Source: Chthoniobacterales bacterium
GTDB lineage: Bacteria > Verrucomicrobiota > Verrucomicrobiia > Chthoniobacterales > Chthoniobacteraceae
Length of the DNA stretch: 64,000 nt
NCBI GenBank assembly: GCA_038207335.1
Contig: JBBQZX010000011.1
Location: 87,514-151,513 of the forward strand
Reading direction: 5' to 3'
This document shows positions 39,221 to 49,675 of the stretch, one piece after another; position 1 is the stretch's first letter, and each line of letters opens with the position of its first letter. The position numbers and the translations under genes were made by a program. Below the pieces are notes generated by a model. It did not search any database. It was given only the letters and a program-made list of their open reading frames with translations, and was not told where the DNA came from.

Positions 39221-42200
39221 ATGAACATCTTAACCCGTCGAGTCATGTTGGGTCTAATGGTCGCGGCAGGCGGCGCATTGATCTTTTTCGGGCTTTCGAA
39301 AGAGAGGGAAGATCGGCTGGGACGAGGAGTGAGGCGGCTCGCGGAAGAAGGTCCGCACGGAGAGACGGTCGTACAGGCGGCCTCAGAGTCTGTTCCGCCG
39401 CCGGAAAAAATTTCCCGCTCTGCCCCTTCGGAGAAAGGGGGTTTGAAAGGACCGGTTCAATTGGAAGCAAAAGAGGATTTCGGGACCTTTCGCGAATTTT
39501 CCGATTGGGTTAAATCCTACGGTGCCGCGGAGGAACCGACGGCGCGGGAAGCATTGCTGGCCCGCGGCGAAGCGCTCGCCAAAAGTCGGCGCCGAGTTCT
39601 GAAGGAACTAATCAAAGTGGACCCCAAACAGGCACTGGCGCTTGCCTTGCCCGAGCCGATGCGACGCCCGTTGCCGGGAATAATCCAGCGCCAATTGGAG
39701 AAGCAGATCAACGACCGAGGCAACTATCGGGTGGCGATCACCTGTAGCTTCGACGAGAAGAAACACGAGGACGAAGTGTCGCGGCAGGTGACGATCGGCG
39801 ATCGGAGATATGAGGCTTTTGTCTATGGCCGGCGGCTTCATCAAGTTTCAAAGGAAAATGTTCCCCTGCAGGGCATCGCCATCGATAACTCGTTCGCTGT
39901 TCAGGAAGATGAGCGTCCGCCTGGACCGTCGGCGGGCGATGTCGGTGGGGGAACCGGAGACCAGCAGCAGTTGCCTGTGGCGGACAACAGCTACACGCAG
40001 GGCACCAAGCGGCTGCTGTTTATTCGCGTCGCGTTTCCGGATGATCCTTCGGAGCCCATCACCGAAGCAGGCGCGATCCATCTGATGAATCAGGTGAATC
40101 AAGTCTATGTGGGCTATTCCTACAACACGACGTCAATCATCAGCGATGTGACACCCTTGCTAATGCTACCGCAGGCGAAGACCTACTACAGCGGGCAATC
40201 TGTCCTGACACTGCAGGCGGATGCCAGAGCCGCGGCCCTCGGCGTCGGCTTCGACACCGCCAACTACGACTTTGACATCGTGCGAAATAACCCGATCCCG
40301 GGATCCACATTCGCCTTTGCCGGGCAAGCCTCGATTGGCGGCAAGGGGTTGGTGTTGCAAAACTCGCTGCTCTATGTGGTCGTTCATGAGCTCGGCCACA
40401 ATTACGGGTTGTGGCATGCGAACTTTTGGAACGCCAGTGGGGACAGCATCATCGGTCCGGGCAGCACGGCCGAGTACGGAAATACTTTCGACACGATGGG
40501 TTCCCAAAATTCTGATCCCGCAAGTCACCCCTTCAATGCGGAGTTCAAGTATCACCTGCAGTGGCTGCCTGGCTCGTTCGTCCGAACCGTAACGAGTTCC
40601 GGCAACTATCGGATTTTTGCGTACGATGTTCCGAATCTGATTGGCGGTCAGAGGTATGCGCTACGAATCAAAAAGGATTACGCGCGGGAATATTGGGGAG
40701 AGTTTCACCAGAATCTGGCTGGCAATCCATGGACCCAGAACGGCATCCTCCTAAACTGGTCTCCGTTCAGCACATTCGTCGGGAACAGCCTGGGCGGGAC
40801 AGTGCTCTTGGATTCCACGGCCGGGACCCCAAGCTCGAACAACGGCAAAGACGATGCCCCAGTCGTCATTGGCCACACCTTTTCTGACGTCGCCGCAGGC
40901 ATCCATATCACACCCCTTGCCACGGGAGTGCTTGGCTCGGACAAATGGATCGATGTGCAGGTGAACCTCGGCGACTTTCCAAGTAACGCTACACCGACGT
41001 TAGCGGTTGCCGCCGATCAGACAAGTGTCGCGCCCGGTACCACCGTCAGTTTCACGGCCACCGCAGCGGATGGAAACGGCGATCTGCTGGCCTATTACTG
41101 GGATTTTGGCGACCAGACTTTCGGCTCGAACGCCCCGACAGTGAGCAAGAGCTGGAGTTCGCCAGGAGAATACGTCGTTCGCTGCGCGGTCAGCGATATG
41201 AAAGGCGGTGTGACGAGCCGGAGTTTGGTGATCACGGTGGGATCCACAGGAACTTTTCGTGTCAGTGGTCAGGTTGTCGTCAACGGACAGCCACTCGAGG
41301 GTGTGCGGATTTACAACGGCCTCAGCGGCGCGGCCTATCGCGGAGTGTACACCGATGGCTCCGGGAACTACACGCTCGCGAATTTGCCGGCGGGCAGCTT
41401 CAACCTGTTCGCGGTCAAAAACGGATATACAATCGCTGCCTCCGGCTTTAGCAATCCGGTCTTCGTGGGACCGGATCTGAGCAGTCAAAACTGGATTGCC
41501 ACGGCGCAACCGGTTTTGAGCATCATTGCCGTCGACGCCTCAGCTTCGGAAGTGGGCCTTGATCCAGGCGCGCTGACTGTTAGCCGGTCAGGCTCGCTGG
41601 CATCCCCCGTGACGATGAGATTTAATCTCTCCGGAGGGGCGACCTATCTGACGGACTACTCCCTCACGCCAACTCCGGCGATGACCTCGTCGCTCGAGTT
41701 GACGATACCGGCCGGCGTGGCTTCCACGAACATCGTCCTGACGCCGCTCAGCGATTCGTTAGCCGAGGGGCCGGAAGATGCCACCTTGACCATCTTCGAA
41801 GATCCCGCTTACTCGATTGGGTCGTTCTCTGAGGCGACCATCACCATCGCGGACAGCCAGGCAGCAACGCCGCCCGTTGTGAAAGTCTTTGCGCTGGATG
41901 ACTCTGCTCCCGAATCCGGAAATGACGGCGGACTTTTTTCGTTTACGCGGAGCAACGTCGGTACAGGAGCTCTGACGATCCACTACTCAGTAAGCGGCAG
42001 CGCGACCGGCGGGGTCGATTACTCGACGCTGAGCGGCATCGCAACCATTCCAGCCGGCCAAACTCACGTAGAGGTTTCTTTCAACGCCATTGATGACGCA
42101 GACGTGGAGGGAAATGAAACAGTCATCGTGACCACGACTGCTAACGCGGCTTACACCGTAGGGAATCCGGCTTCGGCGACGGCCACCATTGTGGACGACG

Positions 42201-45200
42201 ATCCCCCCACCGTTACGATCGTTGGCACCGAGAATATCGCGACGGAAGGAGGCAATCCGGGCACATTCACGGTCACGCGCAACGGTAGCCTCGCTGCTAA
42301 CTTGAAAGTGTATTACACCATGAGCGGGAGCGCGACCCCGGGGACGGATTATTCTGCCCTTTCTGGTGCCCTCATCATCCTCGCCGGTCAGGTTAGCGCC
42401 GACATTCCAGTCTCGCCGCTCAACGACAACCTCGTGGAAGGCACAGAAACCGCCGTCGCCACGCTTTTGAGTAACCCTGGCTACAATGTCGGAAACCCGG
42501 GGTCGGCACTGGTGTCGATTTCCGACGATGACGTTCCCAGCATTACCCTCACCGCTTCCGACCCTAATGCCTCCGAAGCTGGGCCGGACACGGGAACATT
42601 CATGTTCAGCCGGAGCGGAAGCACCGCCGATCCGCTCATAGTTTATTTCACTGTCAACGGCTCGGCGATCAACGGTGCTGACTACCTTCCGATCGGCAAC
42701 AGTATCGTTATCCCAGCCGGTTCAGCCAGCGCTGCACTGACCGTCACACCCATTGACGACGCCATCAAGGAGAACAGCGAGACGGTGGTGATCACCTTGA
42801 CGCCCTCCGCAACTTCCACGTACTCGGCGGCCACGATAACTCCACAGACCGTAACCATTTCAGACGATGATAACGGCGGTCTAGTGGGGGTTGGCTTTGC
42901 CAGCGCTACGTCCAGCGGTCGGGAAGACGAATTTATTATTACGGTCACGGTGTCTCTTAGTGCCGCTTCTTCGGTCCCTGTCACTGTGAGCTACGCTTTT
43001 GGAGGCGGAACAGCCACCCGCCCGGCGGACTACGACTATGACCCACCTCAACCGCTCTACTTTTCCCCTGGGACGGTGACTCAAAGCATTTTTGTGTTGG
43101 TGAAGGATGATACCCTCGTGGAACCCGCCGAGACCATAATGATCACCCTGAACAGTCCGGTCAATGCGGTGCTGGACGCTTTCAGGACCCACACCCACAC
43201 AATTCTCGATAACGACTCGGGTGGGATCGTAAGCGTCACCGCCACCGATGCCAGTGCGTCCGAGGCCGGACCGAACACCGGCACCTTCCGCATTTCGCGG
43301 TCGGGTGCGACAATCGATAATCTGACCGTGAATTTTCAGGTGACCGGATCGGCAAGCAGCCCGAGCGATTACGGGGCTTTGGGCAATTCTGTGGTGATCC
43401 CTGCAGGCCAGAGCTATGTGGACTTGGTGGTGACCCCGGTCGATGATCAAACGCCGGAGCCTATGGAAACCGTGGTCCTCACGCTCACCAGCGCGTCCGG
43501 GGCGACCATTGGCAGCACCAACAGCGCCACTGTATTCATTGCGGATAATGACGATAGTTCTTCTATCCCGGTCGTGAGTGTGGTGGCCAGCGCTCCGAGC
43601 GCCTCGGAGGTGGGTCCGGTTCCTGGCACGTTCACGATGATGCGCAATGGAAATACAATCGCGGACCTCACCGTCAATTACACGATTTCCGGGACGGCAA
43701 CCAATGGCTCGGACTATGCGAGTATCGGCACCACAACGACGATTCCCGCCGGTTCTTCTACCGCCACCATCACGATTACGCCAATCCCGGATGCAATCGC
43801 AGAACCGGATGAAAATGTCGTGCTCACCCTGACCGTCGGCGGCACCTACAGGGCTGCCCCGGCGGCGAGCAGCGCGACGGTGACCATTGGCAACGGTCCG
43901 CCTCCGGTCAACGTGGGATTCACCGCGACGGCTTCGGCGGTGAGTGAGAACATCTCGCCTGCTTTCATTTCAGTGTCGCTGAGCGCGTCCTATCCGGCAC
44001 CGGTCACCGTGCATTACGCTCCGACCGGCGGGACGGCGATGGGAGGCGGAGTGGATTACACACTTGCGCCGGGCACTCTCACGTTCGCCCCGGGCGAGAC
44101 CGTGAAGTTCATTCCGATCACGATCATCAAAGACGCGCTCACCGAACCGAATAAGACGGTCGTTGTCACGCTGGACAGCCCCACCGCCGCCACCCTGGGC
44201 ACGAGCACATTCACTCTGACGATTGTCGATGGCGCGACGGTTACTTGGGATGCGGACGCGGGCATTGCGGGGCCTCAGGACGGCGGCGGGGTCTGGGACA
44301 CGCTCGGCAACCCGTGGCTCCGTGCGGGTGCGAACACGCCGTTCGTGAACGGCGATCTCGTTACCTTTGGAGCAGGAAACGGTGTGGCGGGAACGGCGAC
44401 TATCACAGGCGCGAATCTCGTGGCGGATGGGATCCGCTTCAATCCCGCAGGGAGCGGCACCTACAGCATCGCAACTTCGGCGGGCGAGACGCTCACGATT
44501 CTCGGTGACGGGATCACCTCGAATGAATCTGCCACTCTGTTGCTGCGTACTGACATCAACGCTTCGCAAACATGGGCTGTCGCCGCTGGGAAGACATTGA
44601 CCGCAGGCAGCACGACGCAGTTTGCGGGAGGATTCGATGCTGGCGAAACACTCGTCATTTCCGGCGCGGGGGTCGTCCGGGCCGTTGGGTCGAAAGTCCT
44701 GATCAGCGGCGGTGCCAGCAGCACAATCCGGATAGATGCCGATGCGACGCTGGAAATGAACAAAGGCTCGAACAGCAACGCGCTTTATCCTCGAAACGCC
44801 ACAGATGACGCCGATGCCACGATCAACCTGAGCGGCACCGGCACGCTTCGACTCAATACTGTGGGCGGTAATCCCTATTTCGCCGGAACCGTGGCGTACA
44901 CCACCTTCACCGGAACCATCGAGTGCGCGGGCGACGGCGGCCTCGTCGGGCAGCCCGGGACAAAATATCGCCTGCAAGTGGCCCCCGGCGTCGCCGCCGA
45001 CTTGTCAGGCACGATCGGCAGCCCGGTGGGCATCGACGGGCTCACGGGCTCCGGCGCTTTGCTGCAAAACAACGGCGTCCCCGGTGCGGTGGCGCTGAAC
45101 ATCGGCGTGAACGGCACTGTGAGCGGCGGACTCGGCGGCACGGCGCAATGGGACGGCGCGATCACCACCGGCGGTGCCAACACGATCGATATCACCAAGC

Positions 45201-46243
45201 TGGGTGCCGGGACGCAGATCTTCAATGGCACCGACAATCGCATCAGCGGGGGCAGCATTACCACCGTCCACGAAGGCACTCTGCTCGTCACCAAACCGGT
45301 AGCGATTTCCGGCGCGGACGTGGCTGGAAGAATCACCGTGCAAATTAGTGCTACCCTGGCCGTGCGCGCCGGCGGCCCCGGCGAATGGGCCAGCGCGAAT
45401 CTCGATTCAATTCTCGCTAGTGCTATTTTTGACGTGGGCTCGCAGCTTGGCATCGAGGTCACCGGCGGTAATGCGTTCACCCATCCCGATGCCATCGGCG
45501 GCAGCCTAGGTCTCATCAAACTCGGGACCGGAACCCTCACGCTGAACGGCCCACCCACCTACGCTGGTGCCACCACGGTTTCCGCCGGCACCCTGACCAT
45601 CGCCAATGCCGGCCTTGCTGACAGCGCGGGGGTGAATCTTACCACGGGCGCCATTCTGAATCTCAATTTCGCCGGTACGGACACGATCGGCGAGCTGTCT
45701 ATCGACGGAGTGCCTCAGTTCCGGGGCACCTGGGGCGGCCTTTCCTCGGGCGCCACCTTCAAAACCGCGTTGATTACCGGGACAGGCATCCTGAATGTCA
45801 CCGCTGGCCCCCAGACAGCCTTCGACACTTGGGCCGGGGCCAATGGCCTCGACAATACTGCTGGCAAGGAATCCGCCTTTGACGCCGATCCCGACAGGGA
45901 CGGACTGGCCAATGGCCTGGAGTGGATCCTTGGCGGCAACCCGCTCGTTTCAAACGCCGCCGTGCAGCCGCGGCTAAGCACGGATGACGACAACATTTAT
46001 GTCGCCTTCACCCGTGACGACGCCTCCGAATCCACCACCGCGCTCGTCCTCCAGTGGGGCAGCAACCTTGCCGACTGGACCGACATTCCGATCGCAGCCG
46101 CCAGCTCCGGCCCGGATGCCCAAGGCATCATGGTGAGCGTCACCGAAAACGGCGCCGCGCCCGACACCGTGGTGGTCACCGTGCCGCTTAGCAACGCTGT
46201 CTCCGGCAAACTCTTTACCCGAATCAAAGCCACACTCCCGTGA
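39221..46243 (+). CDS. 2340-aa surface protein: metzincin-type metalloprotease + PKD + about 8 Calx-beta repeats + autotransporter-associated beta-strand repeats + C-terminal module
   Basis: N-terminal hydrophobic anchor; HELGHNYGLWH (40385-40417); YYWDFGD; repeated A..G.DY / DD..EG.ET; TKLGAGTQ and IKLGTGTLTL; DPDRDGLANGLEWILGGNP. Confidence 0.88.
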   Translation: MNILTRRVMLGLMVAAGGALIFFGLSKEREDRLGRGVRRLAEEGPHGETVVQAASESVPPPEKISRSAPSEKGGLKGPVQLEAKEDFGTFREFSDWVKSYGAAEEPTAREALLARGEALAKSRRRVLKELIKVDPKQALALALPEPMRRPLPGIIQRQLEKQINDRGNYRVAITCSFDEKKHEDEVSRQVTIGDRRYEAFVYGRRLHQVSKENVPLQGIAIDNSFAVQEDERPPGPSAGDVGGGTGDQQQLPVADNSYTQGTKRLLFIRVAFPDDPSEPITEAGAIHLMNQVNQVYVGYSYNTTSIISDVTPLLMLPQAKTYYSGQSVLTLQADARAAALGVGFDTANYDFDIVRNNPIPGSTFAFAGQASIGGKGLVLQNSLLYVVVHELGHNYGLWHANFWNASGDSIIGPGSTAEYGNTFDTMGSQNSDPASHPFNAEFKYHLQWLPGSFVRTVTSSGNYRIFAYDVPNLIGGQRYALRIKKDYAREYWGEFHQNLAGNPWTQNGILLNWSPFSTFVGNSLGGTVLLDSTAGTPSSNNGKDDAPVVIGHTFSDVAAGIHITPLATGVLGSDKWIDVQVNLGDFPSNATPTLAVAADQTSVAPGTTVSFTATAADGNGDLLAYYWDFGDQTFGSNAPTVSKSWSSPGEYVVRCAVSDMKGGVTSRSLVITVGSTGTFRVSGQVVVNGQPLEGVRIYNGLSGAAYRGVYTDGSGNYTLANLPAGSFNLFAVKNGYTIAASGFSNPVFVGPDLSSQNWIATAQPVLSIIAVDASASEVGLDPGALTVSRSGSLASPVTMRFNLSGGATYLTDYSLTPTPAMTSSLELTIPAGVASTNIVLTPLSDSLAEGPEDATLTIFEDPAYSIGSFSEATITIADSQAATPPVVKVFALDDSAPESGNDGGLFSFTRSNVGTGALTIHYSVSGSATGGVDYSTLSGIATIPAGQTHVEVSFNAIDDADVEGNETVIVTTTANAAYTVGNPASATATIVDDDPPTVTIVGTENIATEGGNPGTFTVTRNGSLAANLKVYYTMSGSATPGTDYSALSGALIILAGQVSADIPVSPLNDNLVEGTETAVATLLSNPGYNVGNPGSALVSISDDDVPSITLTASDPNASEAGPDTGTFMFSRSGSTADPLIVYFTVNGSAINGADYLPIGNSIVIPAGSASAALTVTPIDDAIKENSETVVITLTPSATSTYSAATITPQTVTISDDDNGGLVGVGFASATSSGREDEFIITVTVSLSAASSVPVTVSYAFGGGTATRPADYDYDPPQPLYFSPGTVTQSIFVLVKDDTLVEPAETIMITLNSPVNAVLDAFRTHTHTILDNDSGGIVSVTATDASASEAGPNTGTFRISRSGATIDNLTVNFQVTGSASSPSDYGALGNSVVIPAGQSYVDLVVTPVDDQTPEPMETVVLTLTSASGATIGSTNSATVFIADNDDSSSIPVVSVVASAPSASEVGPVPGTFTMMRNGNTIADLTVNYTISGTATNGSDYASIGTTTTIPAGSSTATITITPIPDAIAEPDENVVLTLTVGGTYRAAPAASSATVTIGNGPPPVNVGFTATASAVSENISPAFISVSLSASYPAPVTVHYAPTGGTAMGGGVDYTLAPGTLTFAPGETVKFIPITIIKDALTEPNKTVVVTLDSPTAATLGTSTFTLTIVDGATVTWDADAGIAGPQDGGGVWDTLGNPWLRAGANTPFVNGDLVTFGAGNGVAGTATITGANLVADGIRFNPAGSGTYSIATSAGETLTILGDGITSNESATLLLRTDINASQTWAVAAGKTLTAGSTTQFAGGFDAGETLVISGAGVVRAVGSKVLISGGASSTIRIDADATLEMNKGSNSNALYPRNATDDADATINLSGTGTLRLNTVGGNPYFAGTVAYTTFTGTIECAGDGGLVGQPGTKYRLQVAPGVAADLSGTIGSPVGIDGLTGSGALLQNNGVPGAVALNIGVNGTVSGGLGGTAQWDGAITTGGANTIDITKLGAGTQIFNGTDNRISGGSITTVHEGTLLVTKPVAISGADVAGRITVQISATLAVRAGGPGEWASANLDSILASAIFDVGSQLGIEVTGGNAFTHPDAIGGSLGLIKLGTGTLTLNGPPTYAGATTVSAGTLTIANAGLADSAGVNLTTGAILNLNFAGTDTIGELSIDGVPQFRGTWGGLSSGATFKTALITGTGILNVTAGPQTAFDTWAGANGLDNTAGKESAFDADPDRDGLANGLEWILGGNPLVSNAAVQPRLSTDDDNIYVAFTRDDASESTTALVLQWGSNLADWTDIPIAAASSGPDAQGIMVSVTENGAAPDTVVVTVPLSNAVSGKLFTRIKATLP

Positions 46244-46351
46244 GAGAACGGCTCACGATTTGACGCGATGATGGTCACGGCATCTCGACAAAGGTTTGCG
46301 AGGCCGCGATTCCGCCTTTTAACGCCGGACCCGTGAGTCTAGGAGGTTCCG

Positions 46352-46573
46352 TCACTGCGGGTCTGACTGGGCCGCGCTGATCCTGATGCAAACGGCTTCC
46401 AGCCCCGATACTGCCGCACTCAGATCCACCGCCTGCACCGTCAAACTCCGCCCAGTTCCTTCATTGCGCGCGCACGCTCTCCACTGCATCTGTCCGTCGC
46501 GATCGGTGTATGAAAACCAATTGAGGTTCCAGCCCTGCCCCCGCAGCCGTTCTACAACAGTCTGGCACTCCAT
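46352..46573 (-). CDS. Small hypothetical protein (73 aa)
   Basis: ATG with AGGAG upstream; MECQTVVERLRGQGWNLNWFSYTDRDGQMQWRACAR...; has a degenerate paralog at 37.6 kb. Confidence 0.6.
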   Translation of the reverse strand: MECQTVVERLRGQGWNLNWFSYTDRDGQMQWRACARNEGTGRSLTVQAVDLSAAVSGLEAVCIRISAAQSDPQ

Positions 46574-46957
46574 CTTTCGCGATTCTCCTGCCCGGTTAGT
46601 CGCACCCTGGTGCATGACAGGGCGGTCTTGCGGCGTTTTGCAGCCTCCGTGCAGCTCTTTCCACTTAAAGACTCCATTCTTATCGTCGTCGACCGGCCGC
46701 GCTTCGTTGAAGGGGGCGCGGACCTCGGAGAAGTGGGGGGATGTTTCAGACATGCGGAAATCGATAACCATTATTTGTACCACAACCGCACGCACGCTGC
46801 AAAACAGCGCCATATGACGGCGCCAGAGGCCGCTTTGCCCGAATGCCAACCGAGCGAACAAGACCCAACAAGCGGAGCAGGACTCATTTCGCGCCGGTGA
46901 CAGGGCGTACAGAATTACGTCCGGGACGCGTGCCGCTGAGGGAATTTACCAAGAGAT

Positions 46958-46974
46958 CGTCGGGTGGTATTACA
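46958..46974 (+). promoter_or_regulatory. Third PEP-CTERM-box-like element CGTCGGGTGGTATTACA
   Basis: Matches YGTCGG-N6-TTACA; 140 bp upstream of a sigma54 site. Confidence 0.7.
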
Positions 46975-47097
46975 AAAACCTTAAATGTTCGGCGAGCGCC
47001 TTTCGAAACGTGCGTTAACATTGTTCGATACAACAAACTGTGGCGCAGCGTATTGCACATGCCACATTGGACTCCTCTGAGTTCGATTACGAAGAGA

Positions 47098-47113
47098 TGG
47101 CATTAGATATGCT
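47098..47113 (+). promoter_or_regulatory. sigma54 promoter TGGCATTAGATATGCT with no substantial downstream sense gene
   Basis: GG 47099-100 and GC 47111-2. Confidence 0.68.
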
Positions 47114-47217
47114 GTAGCAATTGTTCGAAATAGGCAGCGACTCGCTCCCCGCAAAAAATCTTATGCCGCATCGACGCCATCAGCCCGAGAGCCGGGAGAG
47201 CCGGATAAGCGCGCGCG

Positions 47218-47763
47218 TTATTCTGCAAGCGGATGGCGCCTGGCGGCGAGAACCTCGGGCGTCCTGAATTCCGCATGCACTTCGCGGCCGAGGAAATCCA
47301 TGAGCACCCGGATGCGTTCCTTCCCGGAGAGGATCTGCGTGACGACGGCTTCGAGTCCTCGCAGCGGACCCTTGATGATCGTCACGCTGTCGCCTTCTTT
47401 GATCGTGCTCTCGATCACCGCGATGTGCAGGGGATTCGTCCTCAGGCGGAGCGCGGCGATGACGGCCGGATCAATCCTGGCGCATTTGCCGCCAAAGTGA
47501 AGGATGCTGCTGATCCCCATTGCCGAGCGCACCTCCCTGAATCGCTCGGAGAAGTGAAAATTCGCGAACAAGTAGCCGGGAAACATCGACTCTTCAAACC
47601 ACTTTTTCCCGCGGGTGGTAGCGCGTTGAAAGCGGAGACGGGGAGAGAAGACTTCGATTCCCGGCATCTGGCGCAAATGCGCGGCGGCAATGTGTTCGTG
47701 TTTCGGCTGGCTCTTCAGGCAGAACCAGCCAATCTCAGCCGCTTGAACTTCTTCTTTTGTCAC
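47218..47763 (-). CDS. NusG paralog, RfaH/UpxY-like antiterminator
   Basis: NGN domain WFCLKSQPKHE ... MFPGYLF; KOW motif GDSVTIIKGPLRGLEAVV. Confidence 0.9.
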   Translation of the reverse strand: MTKEEVQAAEIGWFCLKSQPKHEHIAAAHLRQMPGIEVFSPRLRFQRATTRGKKWFEESMFPGYLFANFHFSERFREVRSAMGISSILHFGGKCARIDPAVIAALRLRTNPLHIAVIESTIKEGDSVTIIKGPLRGLEAVVTQILSGKERIRVLMDFLGREVHAEFRTPEVLAARRHPLAE

Positions 47764-48023
47764 CTGTTCGTCAGGAGCTTTGACCGTGGGTGCGGTACTG
47801 GGGAGAAGAAGTCAACGATCATCTGCTCCGGTTTAACCGTTGGTTCGTCGGAGGGGCAAGTTCGGATTGCTCCGGTGTCGGCGGGCTTCTCGATTGCGGT
47901 GCAACGGGGCCTGCCATCCGGCGTTTCACAAGCCAATGAGGTGAGGGACGATGGATCGGATTTCCCCGCCTGCCACAGACCCGGCTTCGGCGGGTCGAAG
48001 CGTTCCGAAATAATTCGCGGGTC

Positions 48024-49454
48024 ATGCGCTCCGAATTAGGATTAATCCTGCTCGGAGAGGAAGGGGCCGTTCTTTGGGCGAATCAAGTGGCCGAAGTTCT
48101 TCTTGGTTACTCGCCGGGTGAGCTTCAGCGGATGTCCCTGCCAAAGGTTGGTGCGAGTGGGGGCAAAACCGACAGCGGGCGCTTTGAACAGATTGGTCCG
48201 GTGGCGGCGGCGTTCAAGAGTTTGCAAGAGGGACTGCAGACGGAAGTCGAGGGGGAAGCCCGCTTTCCGAGCAAGGATGACAAACGGGTAGCGGTTCACT
48301 GGAAGCTTTGGGCAATGCCTCCGTCCGGAAAACTCAAACGGGTCCTGATGGCGATCTCAGAAACCGCACAAGCCTCCCAGGATGGACCGATCACTTCGGG
48401 TTATCGCGATGTGTTTGAATATGCGGTGGAGGGGATTTTCCGATCGACGATCGAAGGGCAGTTCCTTGAGGTCAATTCGGCGCTCGCCAAGATGTACGGC
48501 TACAGCAGCCCGGCTGAGCTCATGCAAGGATTGAGCGACCTTTCCACGCAGTTGTATGTCACACCGGACCGGCGTGCGGACTTCGTCCGGCTCATGCTAC
48601 ACGAAGGATCCGTGTCCGGCTTCGAGACGGAAGTTTACACGGCGGACCGGAAAGTGATCTGGATTGCGATTTTCGCGCGCACCGTGCTGGGTGTTAATTC
48701 CGAGCCGCTGTATTTTGAAGGAAGCGTGATCGACATCACTGAACGAAAGCAATCCGAGGCGGAGCTGCGGGAAAGCCGGGAGCAGTTGCGGGAACTCACA
48801 GCCAGGATTCAGCAGGTTCGCGAGGAGGAGCGAATCAGCGTGGCCCGTGAAATCCACGATGATCTGGGCCAGTCTCTCACCACCCTGGCGATTGATCTGC
48901 ACTGGCTCTCCAGCCGACTGGAGAAGAGTGTCGATGACGAGGTGAGGAAGCCGATGGAGGAAAAGATCGGCTCTATGGAACAGCATATCCATTGGACGTT
49001 GCAGTCGCTTCGCCGAATCCTGGCGGCGTTACGCCCCCCGCTGCTCGACGAATTGGGCCTGGTGGCTGCATCGGAGTTTCACCTTCAGGAATTTGCCAAG
49101 AGAGCGGCATTGCGATGCGAATGGGAAAGCAATCTGGTGACTGACCTCCCGGCAAATTCCTCAACGGCCGTATTCAGAATTTTTCAGGAAATCCTCACGA
49201 ACATTGCCCGGCACTCGAAAGCAACGAGGGTGAAGGTTCACCTCGGCGAACGCGACTTGCACCTGCTGATGAAGGTCGAGGACAACGGCTGCGGGATTCG
49301 GAAGGAAAAACTGGAGCGATCCAAGAGTTATGGCCTGATGGGTATGGTGGAACGTGCTGCGGCCATCGGCGGAGAGTTGGAATTCATCGGATCACCCCGA
49401 TCGGGTACCACCGTGACTCTCAAAGTCCCGTTGGGTCGTGAAAGCGGTCGGTGA
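48024..49454 (+). CDS. PAS-PAS sensor histidine kinase (HisKA_3, NarX/UhpB type)
   Basis: EERISVAREIHDDLGQ, LRPPLLDELGL, QEILTNIARHS, DNGCG, GLMGMVER. Confidence 0.92.
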   Translation: MRSELGLILLGEEGAVLWANQVAEVLLGYSPGELQRMSLPKVGASGGKTDSGRFEQIGPVAAAFKSLQEGLQTEVEGEARFPSKDDKRVAVHWKLWAMPPSGKLKRVLMAISETAQASQDGPITSGYRDVFEYAVEGIFRSTIEGQFLEVNSALAKMYGYSSPAELMQGLSDLSTQLYVTPDRRADFVRLMLHEGSVSGFETEVYTADRKVIWIAIFARTVLGVNSEPLYFEGSVIDITERKQSEAELRESREQLRELTARIQQVREEERISVAREIHDDLGQSLTTLAIDLHWLSSRLEKSVDDEVRKPMEEKIGSMEQHIHWTLQSLRRILAALRPPLLDELGLVAASEFHLQEFAKRAALRCEWESNLVTDLPANSSTAVFRIFQEILTNIARHSKATRVKVHLGERDLHLLMKVEDNGCGIRKEKLERSKSYGLMGMVERAAAIGGELEFIGSPRSGTTVTLKVPLGRESGR

Positions 49455-49675
49455 GTTGAGCGCGTTCGCGCGGGGAGGCAGCGAGAGCAGACTGGCAGCG
49501 GTCGATGCCGGGCGGCATCGGGTCTGTGCGGCGCCCGAAGTGGAAATCTCGCGGCCGCGAGGAGATCGATCTCCATCGGCCTTGACTGGAAGAAAACTAT
49601 TTTTGGATTGAGCAATCTAGGATAAAGCATATCCACTTCGAACTCCATGCTCTGAATGTGCGGAGAGGTACCGAA

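Noticed and set aside
41510..44230. Repeats in the giant gene as a CRISPR or DNA repeat array
   Set aside because: Degenerate protein-level Calx-beta repeats; no CRISPR array or cas gene seen anywhere in the window
47041..47057. sigma54-like TGGCGCAGCGTATTGCA
   Set aside because: GG-to-GC spacing is one base too long; the correctly spaced site is at 47098
47233..48039. 268-aa plus-strand ORF as the cargo of the orphan sigma54 promoter
   Set aside because: Lies antisense over the whole RfaH-like gene, with no signal peptide, CTERM tail or motifs
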